A DNA stretch of 64,000 nt, taken from NCBI GenBank assembly GCA_043754535.1, contig JAYUUN010000128.1:45100-109099 (forward strand). Reading direction: 5' to 3'. Below are positions 27,340 through 37,354 of this stretch, one piece after another. Source of the stretch: Chloroflexota bacterium. Its GTDB lineage: Bacteria > Chloroflexota > Chloroflexia > QHBQ01. Made by a program: the position numbers and the translations under genes. Each line of letters opens with the position of its first letter. Position 1 is the first letter of the stretch. The notes beneath the pieces are model-generated. The model had not been told where the DNA came from, ran no database searches, and saw nothing but the letters and a program-made list of their open reading frames with translations.

Positions 27340-27355
27340 AGAAGATCAAGCGCAG

Positions 27356-27384
27356 GGCGGGTTGGCTAACCCGCCTTCTGCTTG
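27356..27384 (+). terminator. intrinsic terminator after obg
   Basis: ggcgggtt (27356-27363) / aacccgcc (27368-27375), 4-nt loop, tail ttctgcttg. Confidence 0.7.
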
Positions 27385-27406
27385 CCACGGACAGGAGCGA
27401 ACTACT

Positions 27407-28342
27407 ATGCCAGCCGCCCTCAATCCCGAACCCTACATCCACGCCTTGCAGACCTGTTACCCTGATCTGGCAATCCAGAGCTACGCTGCAATAAACGACG
27501 GCTGGAACAGTTTTGTGCTGGAAGTAAATAGCAACCGTATCTTCCGCTTTCCCCGCCGCTACGACGTAGAGCAGGGGTTGCTGACCGAGATAGCGGTGCT
27601 GCCCTGGCTGACCGTCGCCTTGCCGCTGCCGATCCCCAGCTTCGACATCATCTGTCAGCCGCAGGGGGAGGATCAGCCCTATACTTTCGTTGGCTACGCC
27701 AAAATCCCCGGTGAACCGCTCCCCGCCGATCTTGACCTGAAGGTGAAGGAGCGCGTGGCCCAGCAGCTAGCCGCCTTTCTGACCGCACTACACAGCTTCC
27801 CGGTTGAACCAAAAGACAACATTGGTGTGGCGACTATCGGCCAGATGCCACACATTAACATCCCCATACTCAACCTCTGGCAGCACTATGCCACCTTCTA
27901 CCAGATGGTGGTGCGCGGGCGGGTGCTGCAACTGGGATTGCTGACCCCAACCGAGCAGGCGCAGGTGGAGCGGATGTAGGATCGCTTCCTGACCGGCTTG
28001 CAGCAACAGCCGCCCGCAGTGGCTCTCTGCCACAACGATCTGGTGCGCGAACACATCCTCTACGATCCCGTGCGCCGTGAAGTGACCGGCGTAATAGATT
28101 GGGGCGACATGGCGGTGGGCGATCCCGCACTGGACTTCGCTGGCTTGCTAGCCTTTAACACAAGCCTCTGTGCGCGAGTAATCGCTGACTACGAAACCGC
28201 CGATGCTAACCTTTGGTCGCAGGCTAGGTTCTACCGCGACATCATCCCCTTCCACGAGATTGAGTACGGTGCGTTTATGGAAGATGAGGGACGATGCGAA
28301 AGTGGGCTGGCGGCGTTGCGACAAGTGCTGGCAGAGCGTTGA
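27407..28342 (+). pseudogene. aminoglycoside/choline-kinase-type phosphotransferase (APH family) interrupted by one in-frame TAG at 27977-27979
   Basis: The N-lobe ORF (27407..27979) and the catalytic-loop ORF are in the same frame. The latter carries LCHNDLVREHIL and IDWGDMAVGDPALDF. Only the single amber codon separates them (gag cgg atg TAG gat cgc). Confidence 0.7.
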
Positions 28343-28376
28343 CAATCCAGCCCCGAACCGCTATCATAAGGTCAAG

Positions 28377-29438
28377 ATGAGCAGAGGAGCGAAGAACGCG
28401 ATGATCGAGGAGCAGCAAGCTATCAACATTGGTGAGGGGACGATCAACCGCGAAGCTAGGGAGCGGATCGCCCGCGAGAACAGCTTTGCCGTTTTCACCT
28501 TGCAAGACACGGTCAAGGCGGCGATTGATGCGCGCCATGAGGAGTTTAATGCCGCCCTGAAGGAGATACGCACGGAAGCTGACACGGCCACACCTACCGA
28601 GCGAGCGGGTATCTTCGAGCGGGCGAACGTGCTGGCGAAGCGATTGCACGCCGCTGACGGCAGGCAACTGGCCGAGATTGAGGCGGTAGCAGCGATGTTG
28701 GAGGCCGACCGACACGAGGCCGTCCCCGCCCGTGCCGCCGCCGTGCGCGTCCTCAGCGACGACCTGCGCCGAGGGATGCTGGTCGCCTACGGTAATGCTG
28801 ACGCAGCCATCCGCCAGCGCACCGAGGCCGCCTACGCCGCGATGGAGCGGCTGGAGGGCGCAGCGGCGGAGACAGCAGACCAGCAGCAGGCTACCAGCCT
28901 GATGGTTGCCCGCGAGGACGAAATTAGTCGGGCGGTAGACAGCATCATTGACACCTACACAGAGGCTGACATGGCGATCCGCGCTCGTGCCGTCGAGGGA
29001 TTGGCTGAGATCGACGCAATGGAGGACGACGCAACCAGCGCAGGCGACGAGGAGTCGGCCACCCTGCTGGCGATATCTACCCTCAAGAAGCTGGCGACTG
29101 ATGGGCTAGAGCGGGTGAACGGCAACATGGCGAAGCTGGCGACCCAAACCGCCGCCAACCTTAGCACGCTAGCCAGCTATGCCACCACCGCCTCACCGGT
29201 CGCTGCCGACATGAAGCGGCGGGCGCAGGCGGCGATCACTGCTGGTAACCAGGAGCAGTATAGCCAGCTACAGGCCGACCTCTCGCGGATGATCGTCTAC
29301 GAGGTGGGCGGTAGAGCGCAGGCGATGCGCCGCCTGGAGTCGGAAGCTGCTGCTGCTGGGAACGAAGGCCGCGCCACCTTGCTTGGTGCCGCCGCCGAGG
29401 GCTACGAGTCGGCTGGGAAGTACTGGGGGCAGAGCTAG
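28377..29438 (+). CDS. Ala/Glu-rich all-helical hypothetical protein
   Basis: Long ORF with coding-like composition and no recognisable motif. The start is uncertain (ATG 28377 or 28401). The track start at 28203 overlaps the APH remnant. Confidence 0.5.
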   Translation: MSRGAKNAMIEEQQAINIGEGTINREARERIARENSFAVFTLQDTVKAAIDARHEEFNAALKEIRTEADTATPTERAGIFERANVLAKRLHAADGRQLAEIEAVAAMLEADRHEAVPARAAAVRVLSDDLRRGMLVAYGNADAAIRQRTEAAYAAMERLEGAAAETADQQQATSLMVAREDEISRAVDSIIDTYTEADMAIRARAVEGLAEIDAMEDDATSAGDEESATLLAISTLKKLATDGLERVNGNMAKLATQTAANLSTLASYATTASPVAADMKRRAQAAITAGNQEQYSQLQADLSRMIVYEVGGRAQAMRRLESEAAAAGNEGRATLLGAAAEGYESAGKYWGQS

Positions 29439-29456
29439 TTTGGAGCAGCGGCACGT

Positions 29457-29852
29457 ATGAGGCACGAACCCTGGCGAACACCACCAGAACACATGGTTGA
29501 TGCCATTACCCTGGCGGTGATAGGCTTTATTTGCGTCGGGATAATCCTTGCGGGTGCCAATTACATCGTAAGCAGGCTGGCTGAAGTCAGGTCATCAATG
29601 GCTGAGCTAAACGTACTGTTCATCGTTGCCATGGTCATTGGACTGGTCGCCCTCAATGGAACAGTGGTTAGCATCAATGCTCTACGCCGGTACAAGAAAA
29701 GTAATCATCCTCGACTTGCACGACTGCTAAGTACGACTACGCTGACGCTCAACCTGATACCACTCGTAGTCTTTACGGTGCTAATCCTCTGGCGGCTCTT
29801 GTTGTTAAAAGGGGCCTGCCCGCTTAAGCCCCTACATCCTCCTCTACCCTAA
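29457..29852 (+). CDS. small membrane protein (3 TM), unknown function
   Basis: Hydrophobic helices [44 protein letters not shown] and [17 protein letters not shown]. Lower GC. The 3' end overlaps the convergent DAHP synthase stop by 9 nt. Confidence 0.5.
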   Translation: MRHEPWRTPPEHMVDAITLAVIGFICVGIILAGANYIVSRLAEVRSSMAELNVLFIVAMVIGLVALNGTVVSINALRRYKKSNHPRLARLLSTTTLTLNLIPLVVFTVLILWRLLLLKGACPLKPLHPPLP

Positions 29853-30938
29853 ACCCACCGTGCTGATCGGCTTACTACTGCTGAAGCGATCATCTGCTTC
29901 GTGGCTGTCGTCTACCGCACGACCAACGGCGGCGGCTACCCACGAGACTTGCGGCATTAGCTTGGCGAAGTTCTCGCAGGTGAGCGACTGCGGGCCGTCG
30001 CTGAGAGCGTGGTCGGGGTTGGGATGAACCTCGATAATCAGCCCATCTGCCCCCGCCGCCACGCTAGCCAGAGCCAGCGGGCTGACCAGGTACCACTTGC
30101 CAGTGCCGTGTGAGGGGTCGGCAATGATCGGCAGGTGCGAAATCTTGTGGATGATCGGGATCGCGCTGATATCCATTGTGTTGCGGGTGTAGGTCTCGAA
30201 GGTGCGGATGCCACGTTCACAGAGCATTAGTTGACCGTTGCCGGTCGCCAGGATGTACTCGGCGGCCAACAGCCACTCCTCTATTGTCGCGCTGATGCCG
30301 CGCTTGAGCAGGATCGGCTTGTTTGCCAGGCCGCAGGCTTCCAGCAACTGGAAGTTCTGCATATTGCGCGCCCCAATCTGCAAGATGTCGCTGTACTGAG
30401 CCACTGCCTCCACATCCTCGACCGCCATCACTTCGGTGATCACCCGCAGGCCCGTCTCCTCCCGCGCCTTCGCCAGCAGCTTCAGCCCCTCACGGCCCAA
30501 GCCACGGAACTGATAGGGGGAGGTACGCGGCTTGAACGCCCCGCCGCGCAGTATCTTCGCCCCAGCAGCCTTGACCGCAAAGGCCGTCTCCAACAACTGC
30601 GCCTCGTTCTCGACCGAACATGGTCCAGCCATGACCACCAACTCCTCGCCTCCGACCAGTACCCCCCCACCAACGTCCACCACCGTGTTCTGCGGGTGGA
30701 ACTCGCGGCTACTGAGCTTGTACTTCTTGCTGATCGGGATCGTCTGCTCCACCCCAGGGAAGCGTTCGATCATCCCCGCGAAGTCGCCATACAGCCGCTG
30801 CACGTCAGAACCAACGATGCCGATGATCGTGCGCTGCTCGCCAGCACTGACGTGCGTCTTGAAGCCCTCCTCCTCGATACGCTCGATCACTGCGGTGATC
30901 TCCTCCTGAGCCGCCCCGTACTTCATCATGATAATCAT
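29844..30938 (-). CDS. aroF: 3-deoxy-7-phosphoheptulonate (DAHP) synthase, type I-beta with N-terminal ferredoxin-like regulatory domain
   Basis: The core matches KDO8P/DAHPS I-beta ([35 protein letters not shown]). The N-terminus [30 protein letters not shown] resembles the Thermotoga-type FL domain. ATG 30938 follows GAGGAAGGGG. Confidence 0.9.
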   Translation of the reverse strand: MIIMMKYGAAQEEITAVIERIEEEGFKTHVSAGEQRTIIGIVGSDVQRLYGDFAGMIERFPGVEQTIPISKKYKLSSREFHPQNTVVDVGGGVLVGGEELVVMAGPCSVENEAQLLETAFAVKAAGAKILRGGAFKPRTSPYQFRGLGREGLKLLAKAREETGLRVITEVMAVEDVEAVAQYSDILQIGARNMQNFQLLEACGLANKPILLKRGISATIEEWLLAAEYILATGNGQLMLCERGIRTFETYTRNTMDISAIPIIHKISHLPIIADPSHGTGKWYLVSPLALASVAAGADGLIIEVHPNPDHALSDGPQSLTCENFAKLMPQVSWVAAAVGRAVDDSHEADDRFSSSKPISTVGLG

Positions 30939-31012
30939 AGCTGTAACCCCTTCCTCATTACTGGCTAACCGCCAAAGATGGCTCTTTGTCTCAACCGCTG
31001 GCCTATGGCCGA

Positions 31013-31378
31013 TCACTGGCTGCCGGTTGCTGGCCGCAGGTTGATTGCGCCCCGCGTGTAGATGTGCCTGATCTGGCGCAGGCTCTTTTCGGTGTTGACG
31101 TGCAGCAGGACACGGATGCAGAGCGGCAGCATCCCCGGCACGCTCATCTCGTGGGCGCACATCAGGGCTATCTCCGTCCACCCAATCTGGCGGGCAGCCC
31201 AGGCGGGGAACTCGGCAGTCAGGTCGGGCGTGCAGGTGAAGAAGGCACTGGCGACCGCCTCAAGCTCGATCTCGTTGGCCGCCAGCATCTCGCGCAGCAA
31301 CGCCTGCGTGGCCTCGGCAATCGCCTCTTTGCTATTCTCGCTTGCGGTCGTTGCGCCGCGTACTCCTCTACAAAACAT
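31013..31378 (-). CDS. aroH: chorismate mutase, AroH class
   Basis: [15 protein letters not shown]...[18 protein letters not shown]...IRVLLHVNT is the monofunctional AroH pattern. ATG 31378 lies 9 nt after GGAG. Confidence 0.85.
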   Translation of the reverse strand: MFCRGVRGATTASENSKEAIAEATQALLREMLAANEIELEAVASAFFTCTPDLTAEFPAWAARQIGWTEIALMCAHEMSVPGMLPLCIRVLLHVNTEKSLRQIRHIYTRGAINLRPATGSQ

Positions 31379-31410
31379 CTTGCTATTCTCCAATCTACCT
31401 GGGCAGGAGC

Positions 31411-32208
31411 TTACTTTCTAGCTGCCGCCCGCAACTCCGTGGCGAACTCGCGTGCGCTAGCGGGTCGCTCAGCGGCGGGCAGCCTGTCCAGCCTATCGAT
31501 CAGCGCGCTGGCGACTACTACGCCGTCGGCTAGCTGGGCGGCCTGGCTGGCGTGTGCGGGCGTGCTAATACCGAAGCCAATCGCTAGCGGCAGGCTGGTT
31601 AGCTCGCGCACCCGTGCGATTAGACCACCAACTGCCGTGCTGAACTCGGCCCGCGCCCCGGTTACGCCAGTCAGCGATACGCAGTAGATGAAGCCAGAGG
31701 CTAGCTGGGCCACTTTGGCGATCCGCTCGTTGGTGCTGGTCGGCGCAAGCAGGAAGATCAGGTCGAGGCTATGTTGCTGCAACGCCGCTTGCAGGTCGCC
31801 CGCCTCCTCTGGCGGCAGGTCGGGGATGATCACGCCGTCTACGCCCGCTGCGGCTGCTTCGGCGGCGAACTTCGGCAAGCCGTAGTGGTGGAAGGGGTTG
31901 TAGTAGCCCATCAGCACAATGGGCGCGGTGACGTTGTGGTGGCGCAGCATCCGAGCGGCGGTGAGGCATTGGTAGAGGCTGACCCCGTTCGCCAACGCCC
32001 GCTCTGCCGCCCGCTGGATCGTCGCGCCGTCGGCGAGGGGGTCGCTAAAGGGGACACCCAGTTCGATGATGTCAGCCCCGCCCTCCACCAGCGACTTGAC
32101 GATGCGGATCGTGGTGTTCACGTCCGGGTCACCCACCATCGCGTAGGTGATCACCGCTGCCCTGCCCTGCTCGTGCGCGTCAATGAAGGCTTGCGCGATC
32201 CTGCTCAT
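31411..32208 (-). CDS. trpA: tryptophan synthase alpha chain
   Basis: [21 protein letters not shown] and GFGIS motifs. ATGA overlap with trpB. Confidence 0.95.
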   Translation of the reverse strand: MSRIAQAFIDAHEQGRAAVITYAMVGDPDVNTTIRIVKSLVEGGADIIELGVPFSDPLADGATIQRAAERALANGVSLYQCLTAARMLRHHNVTAPIVLMGYYNPFHHYGLPKFAAEAAAAGVDGVIIPDLPPEEAGDLQAALQQHSLDLIFLLAPTSTNERIAKVAQLASGFIYCVSLTGVTGARAEFSTAVGGLIARVRELTSLPLAIGFGISTPAHASQAAQLADGVVVASALIDRLDRLPAAERPASAREFATELRAAARK

Positions 32209-33419
32209 AGCGTCACCCCCAACACGCCCGCGACGGTGTTGATGTCCTTGTCGCCGCGCCCACTCAGGTTGACGACGATCACCTGCTCTGGTGGGAGCTT
32301 CTTCGCCAGTTCAGCAGCGTAGTAGATGGCATGGGCCGACTCCAGAGCCGGGATGATACCCTCGGTGCGACAAAGCAGCTTGAAGCCCACCATTGCCTGC
32401 TCGTCGGTAGCAGCATCGTAGCTAGCGCGGCCACTGTCCTTGAAGTGGCTGTGTTCGGGGCCAACGCCGGGGTAGTCCAGGCCCGCGCTGATGCTGTGCG
32501 TCTCGGCTACCTGACCCGCCGCATCCTGCATCAGATAGGATCGTGCGCCGTGCAGCACCCCAATAGTGCCAGCAGTGAGCGGAGCCGCGTGCCTGCCACT
32601 CTCCACCCCGTCGCCGCCCGCCTCCACCCCGACCAGCTTCACGCCCGCGTCGTCAACGAAGGGGTAGAAGATGCCCATCGCATTGCTGCCGCCACCGACG
32701 CAGGCGACCACGTAATCGGGCAGCCTGCCAAGCTGAGCCAAGCTCTGCACCCGCGCCTCCTTGCCGATTACGCTCTGGAAGTCGCGCACGATCATCGGGT
32801 AGGGGTGCATACCCACAACTGAGCCGATAATGTAGAAGGTGTCGCCAACGTTCGTCACCCAATCGCGGATCGCCTCGTTCACTGCGTCCTTCAGTGTGCG
32901 GCTGCCGCTCGTCACTGGCTCCACCTTCGCGCCCAGCAGCTTCATGCGGAAGACATTGAGCGACTGGCGGGCTATATCCACCTCACCCATGTAGACGATG
33001 CACTCTAGCCCCAACATGGCGCAGACGGTGGCGGCGGCAACCCCATGCTGGCCCGCGCCCGTCTCGGCAATGATCCGCCGCTTGCCCATCCGCTTCGCCA
33101 GCAGCCCTTGCCCCAGCGCGTTGTTGATCTTGTGCGCGCCAGTGTGCGCCAAATCCTCGCGCTTGAGGTAGATCTGCGCGCCGCCCATCTCCCGCGTCAG
33201 GGCTTCGGCGAAGTAGAGCGGGGTCGGGCGGCCCACGTAGTGCTGGCAGAGGCGGGCGAACTCGGCCCGAAACGCGCTGTCAGCCTGCGCCTCGGCGTAA
33301 GCGGCTTCCAGTTCCCCCAGGGCTGGCATTAGCACCTCTGGAGCATACTTGCCGCCAAACTGACCGTAGCGGCCCTCTGCGTCAGGGTAGCTATAAGTTT
33401 GTCGTTCCTGTAGTTGCAT
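32205..33419 (-). CDS. trpB: tryptophan synthase beta chain
   Basis: PLP lysine context [20 protein letters not shown], plus GGGSNAMG. Confidence 0.95.
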   Translation of the reverse strand: MQLQERQTYSYPDAEGRYGQFGGKYAPEVLMPALGELEAAYAEAQADSAFRAEFARLCQHYVGRPTPLYFAEALTREMGGAQIYLKREDLAHTGAHKINNALGQGLLAKRMGKRRIIAETGAGQHGVAAATVCAMLGLECIVYMGEVDIARQSLNVFRMKLLGAKVEPVTSGSRTLKDAVNEAIRDWVTNVGDTFYIIGSVVGMHPYPMIVRDFQSVIGKEARVQSLAQLGRLPDYVVACVGGGSNAMGIFYPFVDDAGVKLVGVEAGGDGVESGRHAAPLTAGTIGVLHGARSYLMQDAAGQVAETHSISAGLDYPGVGPEHSHFKDSGRASYDAATDEQAMVGFKLLCRTEGIIPALESAHAIYYAAELAKKLPPEQVIVVNLSGRGDKDINTVAGVLGVTL

Positions 33420-33439
33420 GATCGGTTCCTCTTTCTAGA

Positions 33440-34081
33440 TTAGCTGCCTGCCTCTTGGGCTGCTTTGATAAAATCCGTGATCAGCAGTGCGTCCTTCAGC
33501 CCACGTTCACGCTCCACCCCGCTGCTAACATCTACGCCCCAGGGCTGCACCTGCTGGATTGCGGCGGCGACATTGCCGGGGGTGAGGCCGCCCGCCAGCA
33601 TGACTGGGTAGCGACTAGCCACCGCAGCAGCGTACTGCCAGTCGGCTAGCTTGCCGTGGCCGCCGCCCACGCCGGCTGCGTCCAGCAGGATGATTGCGCC
33701 TGCCGAGTGCCAGCGTTCCGCCTCCGCCAGCAGGTCGTCTACGAGCGGCTGGCCGCCACAACGCAGCGACTTGATCGCTGGCTGCTTGAGCAGACTGAGC
33801 ATGGCGGGTGGCTCGTTGCCCGCCAGTTGCACATAGTCCAGCCCCACCTGCGCGGCAAGTTCGTTGATGATCGTCGGGTGGGCGTTGACGAACAAGCCGA
33901 CCAGCTTTGGTGCAGCCTCTTTGTAGGCAAGGCGCAAGAGGCTGCCAACCGCTACTGCCTGAGCCAGCGTCACCCGTCGGGGCGACTCGGCGAAGACCAG
34001 GCCGATGAAGTCTGCGCCCGCAGCGGCGGTTGCCAATGCCGCCCCCTCGTCACGGATGCCACAAATCTTGACCTTAACCAT
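33440..34081 (-). CDS. trpF: phosphoribosylanthranilate isomerase
   Basis: MVKVKICGIR N-terminus, GADFIGLVF and QLAG motifs. The start overlaps the trpC stop by 8 nt (ctATGGTTAAgg). Confidence 0.9.
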   Translation of the reverse strand: MVKVKICGIRDEGAALATAAAGADFIGLVFAESPRRVTLAQAVAVGSLLRLAYKEAAPKLVGLFVNAHPTIINELAAQVGLDYVQLAGNEPPAMLSLLKQPAIKSLRCGGQPLVDDLLAEAERWHSAGAIILLDAAGVGGGHGKLADWQYAAAVASRYPVMLAGGLTPGNVAAAIQQVQPWGVDVSSGVERERGLKDALLITDFIKAAQEAGS

Positions 34082-34862
34082 AGAGTAGCTCCCTGATCTT
34101 CTCGCCAACGTCGCCGCTGGTAACCAGGGCTTCGCCAACCAGCATCGCGTCTATGTCGAACAGGCGCAGGTGGGCAACGTCGGCGTAGCTGCGGATGCCG
34201 CTCTCGGCAACCACGATGCGGTCGGCGGGGATGCGGGCGCGCAGGCGGTGGGTAGTAGTCGGGTCTACCTCGAAGGTGCGGAGGTCACGGTTGTTGATGC
34301 CGATAATCCTGGCAGGCAGAGCAAGGGCGCGCTCAAGCTCCTGCTCGTTGTGGACTTCCACCAGCGCGTGCATCCCCAACTTCTGGCTGGCAGCCAGCAT
34401 AGAGCGCAGTTCGTCGTCACGCAGGGCGGCCACGATCAGCAGGATCGCGTCGGCCCCAACAGCGCGGCTTTGCCAGATACCATACTCGTTGATCAAGAAG
34501 TCTTTGCGTAGCACTGGCACATTGACTGCCCTACGTACCGCCTCCAGATCGCCGAGGTCGCCACGGAAGAACGTTCGGTCGGTGAGGACGGAGATTGCTT
34601 GCGCCCCTGCTTCGGTATAGGCGCGAGCAGTGGCGGCAGGGTCAAGGTCGGCGTTCATCACCCCACGTGAGGGGCTAGCCCGCTTGACCTCGGCGATCAG
34701 GCTGGGGGTGCGGTTTGGCAGCGCGCTTGCTGGGCGCAGAGCGGCGGCAAAGTCGCGGGGCTGCGGCTGCCAGGCCGCTAGCTGCTGCATCTTCGCCAGC
34801 GGCAACACCCGCTCGAACTCGGCGAACTCCACCCGCTTGTGGGCGATGATCTCGTCTAGCAT
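34074..34862 (-). CDS. trpC: indole-3-glycerol phosphate synthase
   Basis: LIAEVKRASPS, LRKDF, GINNRDL and ESGI motifs. Confidence 0.95.
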   Translation of the reverse strand: MLDEIIAHKRVEFAEFERVLPLAKMQQLAAWQPQPRDFAAALRPASALPNRTPSLIAEVKRASPSRGVMNADLDPAATARAYTEAGAQAISVLTDRTFFRGDLGDLEAVRRAVNVPVLRKDFLINEYGIWQSRAVGADAILLIVAALRDDELRSMLAASQKLGMHALVEVHNEQELERALALPARIIGINNRDLRTFEVDPTTTHRLRARIPADRIVVAESGIRSYADVAHLRLFDIDAMLVGEALVTSGDVGEKIRELLYG

Positions 34863-34936
34863 GGTTCACTCTCTCAGGACTGGGCAGCCCCACCCTGCGC
34901 CCTGGCAAGGTGGGCGGGTTGCTGGTCAGGTTGTGG

Positions 34937-35995
34937 TTAGTCGTAATAGTGGGCGATGCCAATTGCTTCGTTGACCTGGCGCATGGTTTCGCGGGCAGCA
35001 GCACGGGCGCGTTCGGTACCTTCACGCAGCGCGTCCTTCACCTCATCCAGGTGTTGCTCGTAGTAGGCGCGCCGTTCGCGGATCGGGTCAAGGAAGTTGT
35101 TGATCGCGGTGATCAGCTTGCGCTTGACCTCCACATCGCCAACCTTGCCAGTGCGGTAACGCTCCTTGAGGTCGTCAACTTCTGCTACGTTGGGGTTGAA
35201 AGCGTCGTGGTAGATGAAGACCGGGTTGCCCTCTACGTGGCCGGGATCGGTGGCGCGCAGGCGAGTGGGGTCGGTGTACATCCCCATAATCTTCTTTGTC
35301 ACCACCTCCGCCGGGTCTTTCAGTTCGATGGTGTTGCCTAGCGACTTGCTCATCTTACCATTGTTATCTAGCCCAACCAGGCGGGGGACGCGCCCCAGCA
35401 AGGCTTCGGGGATGGGGAAGACCTCACCGTAGAGCCGATTGAAGTCGCGGGCGATCTCGCGGGTAAGCTCGATGTGCGGCACCTGGTCGTCACCAACGGG
35501 GACGAGGTGGGCCTTCGCCAGCAGGATGTCGGCAGCCTGGCTGATCGGGTAGGTATAGAAGGCGACGCTGACGCGGGCGCGATTCACATCGTCGGCCTCC
35601 TCATCCGACTGGCCCGCCTCCTTGCTCAGTTGACGAATCTCAGCCTTGAGCGTAGGATTGCGGTTGAGGCGAGGCACGGTGACGAGGGTGCTAAGTAGCT
35701 GATTGAGTTCGGCTCCCTCTGGCACGTGGCTCTGCACCACGAACGAGTTGCTGTGCGGGTCGAGGCCCACAGCCAGCCAGTCGGTGGCGACTTCCAGCAC
35801 CGAGCGGCGGATCAGGGCGACGTTGTCGGCATGGTCAGCCAGCACGTGCCAGTCAACGATCAGGAAGTAGCACTCGTACTCCTTTTGCAGGCGCAGCCAG
35901 TTCTCTAGCGCGCCGACGTAATGGCCGAGGTGGAGATTGCCGCTAGGCCTCATGCCGGTGAGGATCCGCTTACGCTGGGGTTGGGGGCTAGTCAT
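34937..35995 (-). CDS. trpS: tryptophan--tRNA ligase
   Basis: Class I HIGH-type motif GNLHLGHYVGAL and KMSKS. Embedded inside the trp operon. GAGGAG RBS lies within the end of the upstream small ORF. Confidence 0.9.
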   Translation of the reverse strand: MTSPQPQRKRILTGMRPSGNLHLGHYVGALENWLRLQKEYECYFLIVDWHVLADHADNVALIRRSVLEVATDWLAVGLDPHSNSFVVQSHVPEGAELNQLLSTLVTVPRLNRNPTLKAEIRQLSKEAGQSDEEADDVNRARVSVAFYTYPISQAADILLAKAHLVPVGDDQVPHIELTREIARDFNRLYGEVFPIPEALLGRVPRLVGLDNNGKMSKSLGNTIELKDPAEVVTKKIMGMYTDPTRLRATDPGHVEGNPVFIYHDAFNPNVAEVDDLKERYRTGKVGDVEVKRKLITAINNFLDPIRERRAYYEQHLDEVKDALREGTERARAAARETMRQVNEAIGIAHYYD

Positions 35996-35997
35996 GG

Positions 35998-36264
35998 TTA
36001 GTTGCTCCTCGTGATGGGCGGTGCTGCTTCATAATACAGATTGCCTACGTCATCATAGTTGACCAGCCGCCAGCCCGCAGCAGCGAGAGCGGCCAACGCT
36101 CGATCCAGGTAGGGTTTGAGGGCCGCCGCCTCAGCCACCAACTCGGCTACTTCCTCATAGCCGTGCAGCGAGTAAGTGAAGCGGTAGCGGCTACGGTCGG
36201 CGGTCGGCTCGACGAGGCACAAGGCCCACTCGCGGGCTGGGCGGATTAGACCGTCAGGCAGCAT
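35998..36264 (-). CDS. 88-aa hypothetical protein translationally coupled between trpD and trpS
   Basis: ATG 36264 overlaps the trpD stop (ATGCTGCCTGA). The stop TAA lies 2 nt before the trpS ATG. Codon pattern is GC3-rich like the neighbours. No recognisable motif. Confidence 0.55.
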   Translation of the reverse strand: MLPDGLIRPAREWALCLVEPTADRSRYRFTYSLHGYEEVAELVAEAAALKPYLDRALAALAAAGWRLVNYDDVGNLYYEAAPPITRSN

Positions 36265-37270
36265 GGCTGACCTCCACCATCTGGTGCAGCTTGTGCAAGG
36301 CCGCCCCGCTCTGGATGCTCGTCTGGGCCAGCCGCAGCCCTGCGGCCAGGTCATCTGCTCTGTCGGCGGCAACCAGGGCCGCAGCGGCGTTGAGCAGCAC
36401 AACATCACGCTTCGGCCCATCCTCTGTGCCTTGCAGGATGCGGCGCAGGGTAAGCGCGTTGGCGGCTGCATCGCCACCCCTGATCGCAGCTAGCGGGGCT
36501 TCGGCGAAACCGTAGTCTTCAGGCTGGATCGTGTACTCGCACATCGCCTGCCCCGCCCGCACCTCATAGACCGTCGTTGGCCCACTCAGTCCGATCTCGT
36601 CCAGACCGCCGCTGCCATGCACCACCAGAGCGTGGCGGCTGCCAAGCATCGCCAACACCTCAGCCATCTGGCGGGCGATCCTCGCGTCGGCCACCCCCAG
36701 CAATTGCGCCTCGGCCCGCGCCGGATTGGTCAGTGGGCCGAGGATGTTGAACACGGTGCGGATGCCGATTTCGCGGCGTGCCGGGCCAGCGTGCCGCATC
36801 GAGGGGTGGAACAGGGGCGCGAACATGAAGCCGATACCCGCTTCGCGCAAGCACTTCGCCACCCCCTCTGGCCCCAGTTCCAGCTTCACACCCAGGGCTT
36901 CCAGCACGTCAGCACTGCCGCAACTGCTACTGATCGCCCGGTTGCCATGCTTGGCGACGGTTACGCCCGCCCCAGCAACGACGAAGGCAGCAGCAGTGCT
37001 GACGTTGAAGCTCTGCGCGCCATCCCCACCCGTGCCGCAGGTGTCGAGTACAGGGCCGTCATGGTGGACGAGGGTGGCGCGCTCGCGCATCACGCCCGCC
37101 AACCCCGCGATCTCTGCGCTAGTCTCGCCCTTCATCCGCAGGGCAGTGACGAATGCGCCGATCTGGGCGGCGGTTGCTTCACCATCCATAATCTCAGCCA
37201 TTGCCGCTGCCGCCTCCTCACTACCGAGGTGCTGACCGCTCACCAGCTTGCCTATCGCTTCTCTAATCAT
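36254..37270 (-). CDS. trpD: anthranilate phosphoribosyltransferase
   Basis: DTCGTGGDG and FNILGPLTNPA motifs. ATG 37270 follows GAGGGGGG. The track start at 37330 is an extension. Confidence 0.95.
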   Translation of the reverse strand: MIREAIGKLVSGQHLGSEEAAAAMAEIMDGEATAAQIGAFVTALRMKGETSAEIAGLAGVMRERATLVHHDGPVLDTCGTGGDGAQSFNVSTAAAFVVAGAGVTVAKHGNRAISSSCGSADVLEALGVKLELGPEGVAKCLREAGIGFMFAPLFHPSMRHAGPARREIGIRTVFNILGPLTNPARAEAQLLGVADARIARQMAEVLAMLGSRHALVVHGSGGLDEIGLSGPTTVYEVRAGQAMCEYTIQPEDYGFAEAPLAAIRGGDAAANALTLRRILQGTEDGPKRDVVLLNAAAALVAADRADDLAAGLRLAQTSIQSGAALHKLHQMVEVSHAA

Positions 37271-37354
37271 CACTTGCCCCCCTCTACTAGCCATCGACCA
37301 TTGTGAAGCACAGAGTCTAGAGTGTTGCACGGAGCCACTCTACTGGCAGACGAC

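Noticed and set aside
30231-30968. 245-aa plus-strand ORF antisense to DAHP synthase
   Set aside because: Shadow ORF. The minus strand encodes an unmistakable DAHP synthase.
35998-36254. Possible second T-box or attenuator in the trpD-trpS spacer controlling trpS
   Set aside because: No AGAGA, F-box or GGGUGGNACC core and no terminator hairpin with a U-tract are present. The spacer is fully occupied by a coupled ORF.
35998-36477. Long 159-aa version of the small ORF downstream of trpD
   Set aside because: The first 71 codons overlap the trpD 3' end in another frame and are Cys/Trp/Arg-rich. The ATG at 36264, coupled to the trpD stop, gives the plausible 88-aa product.
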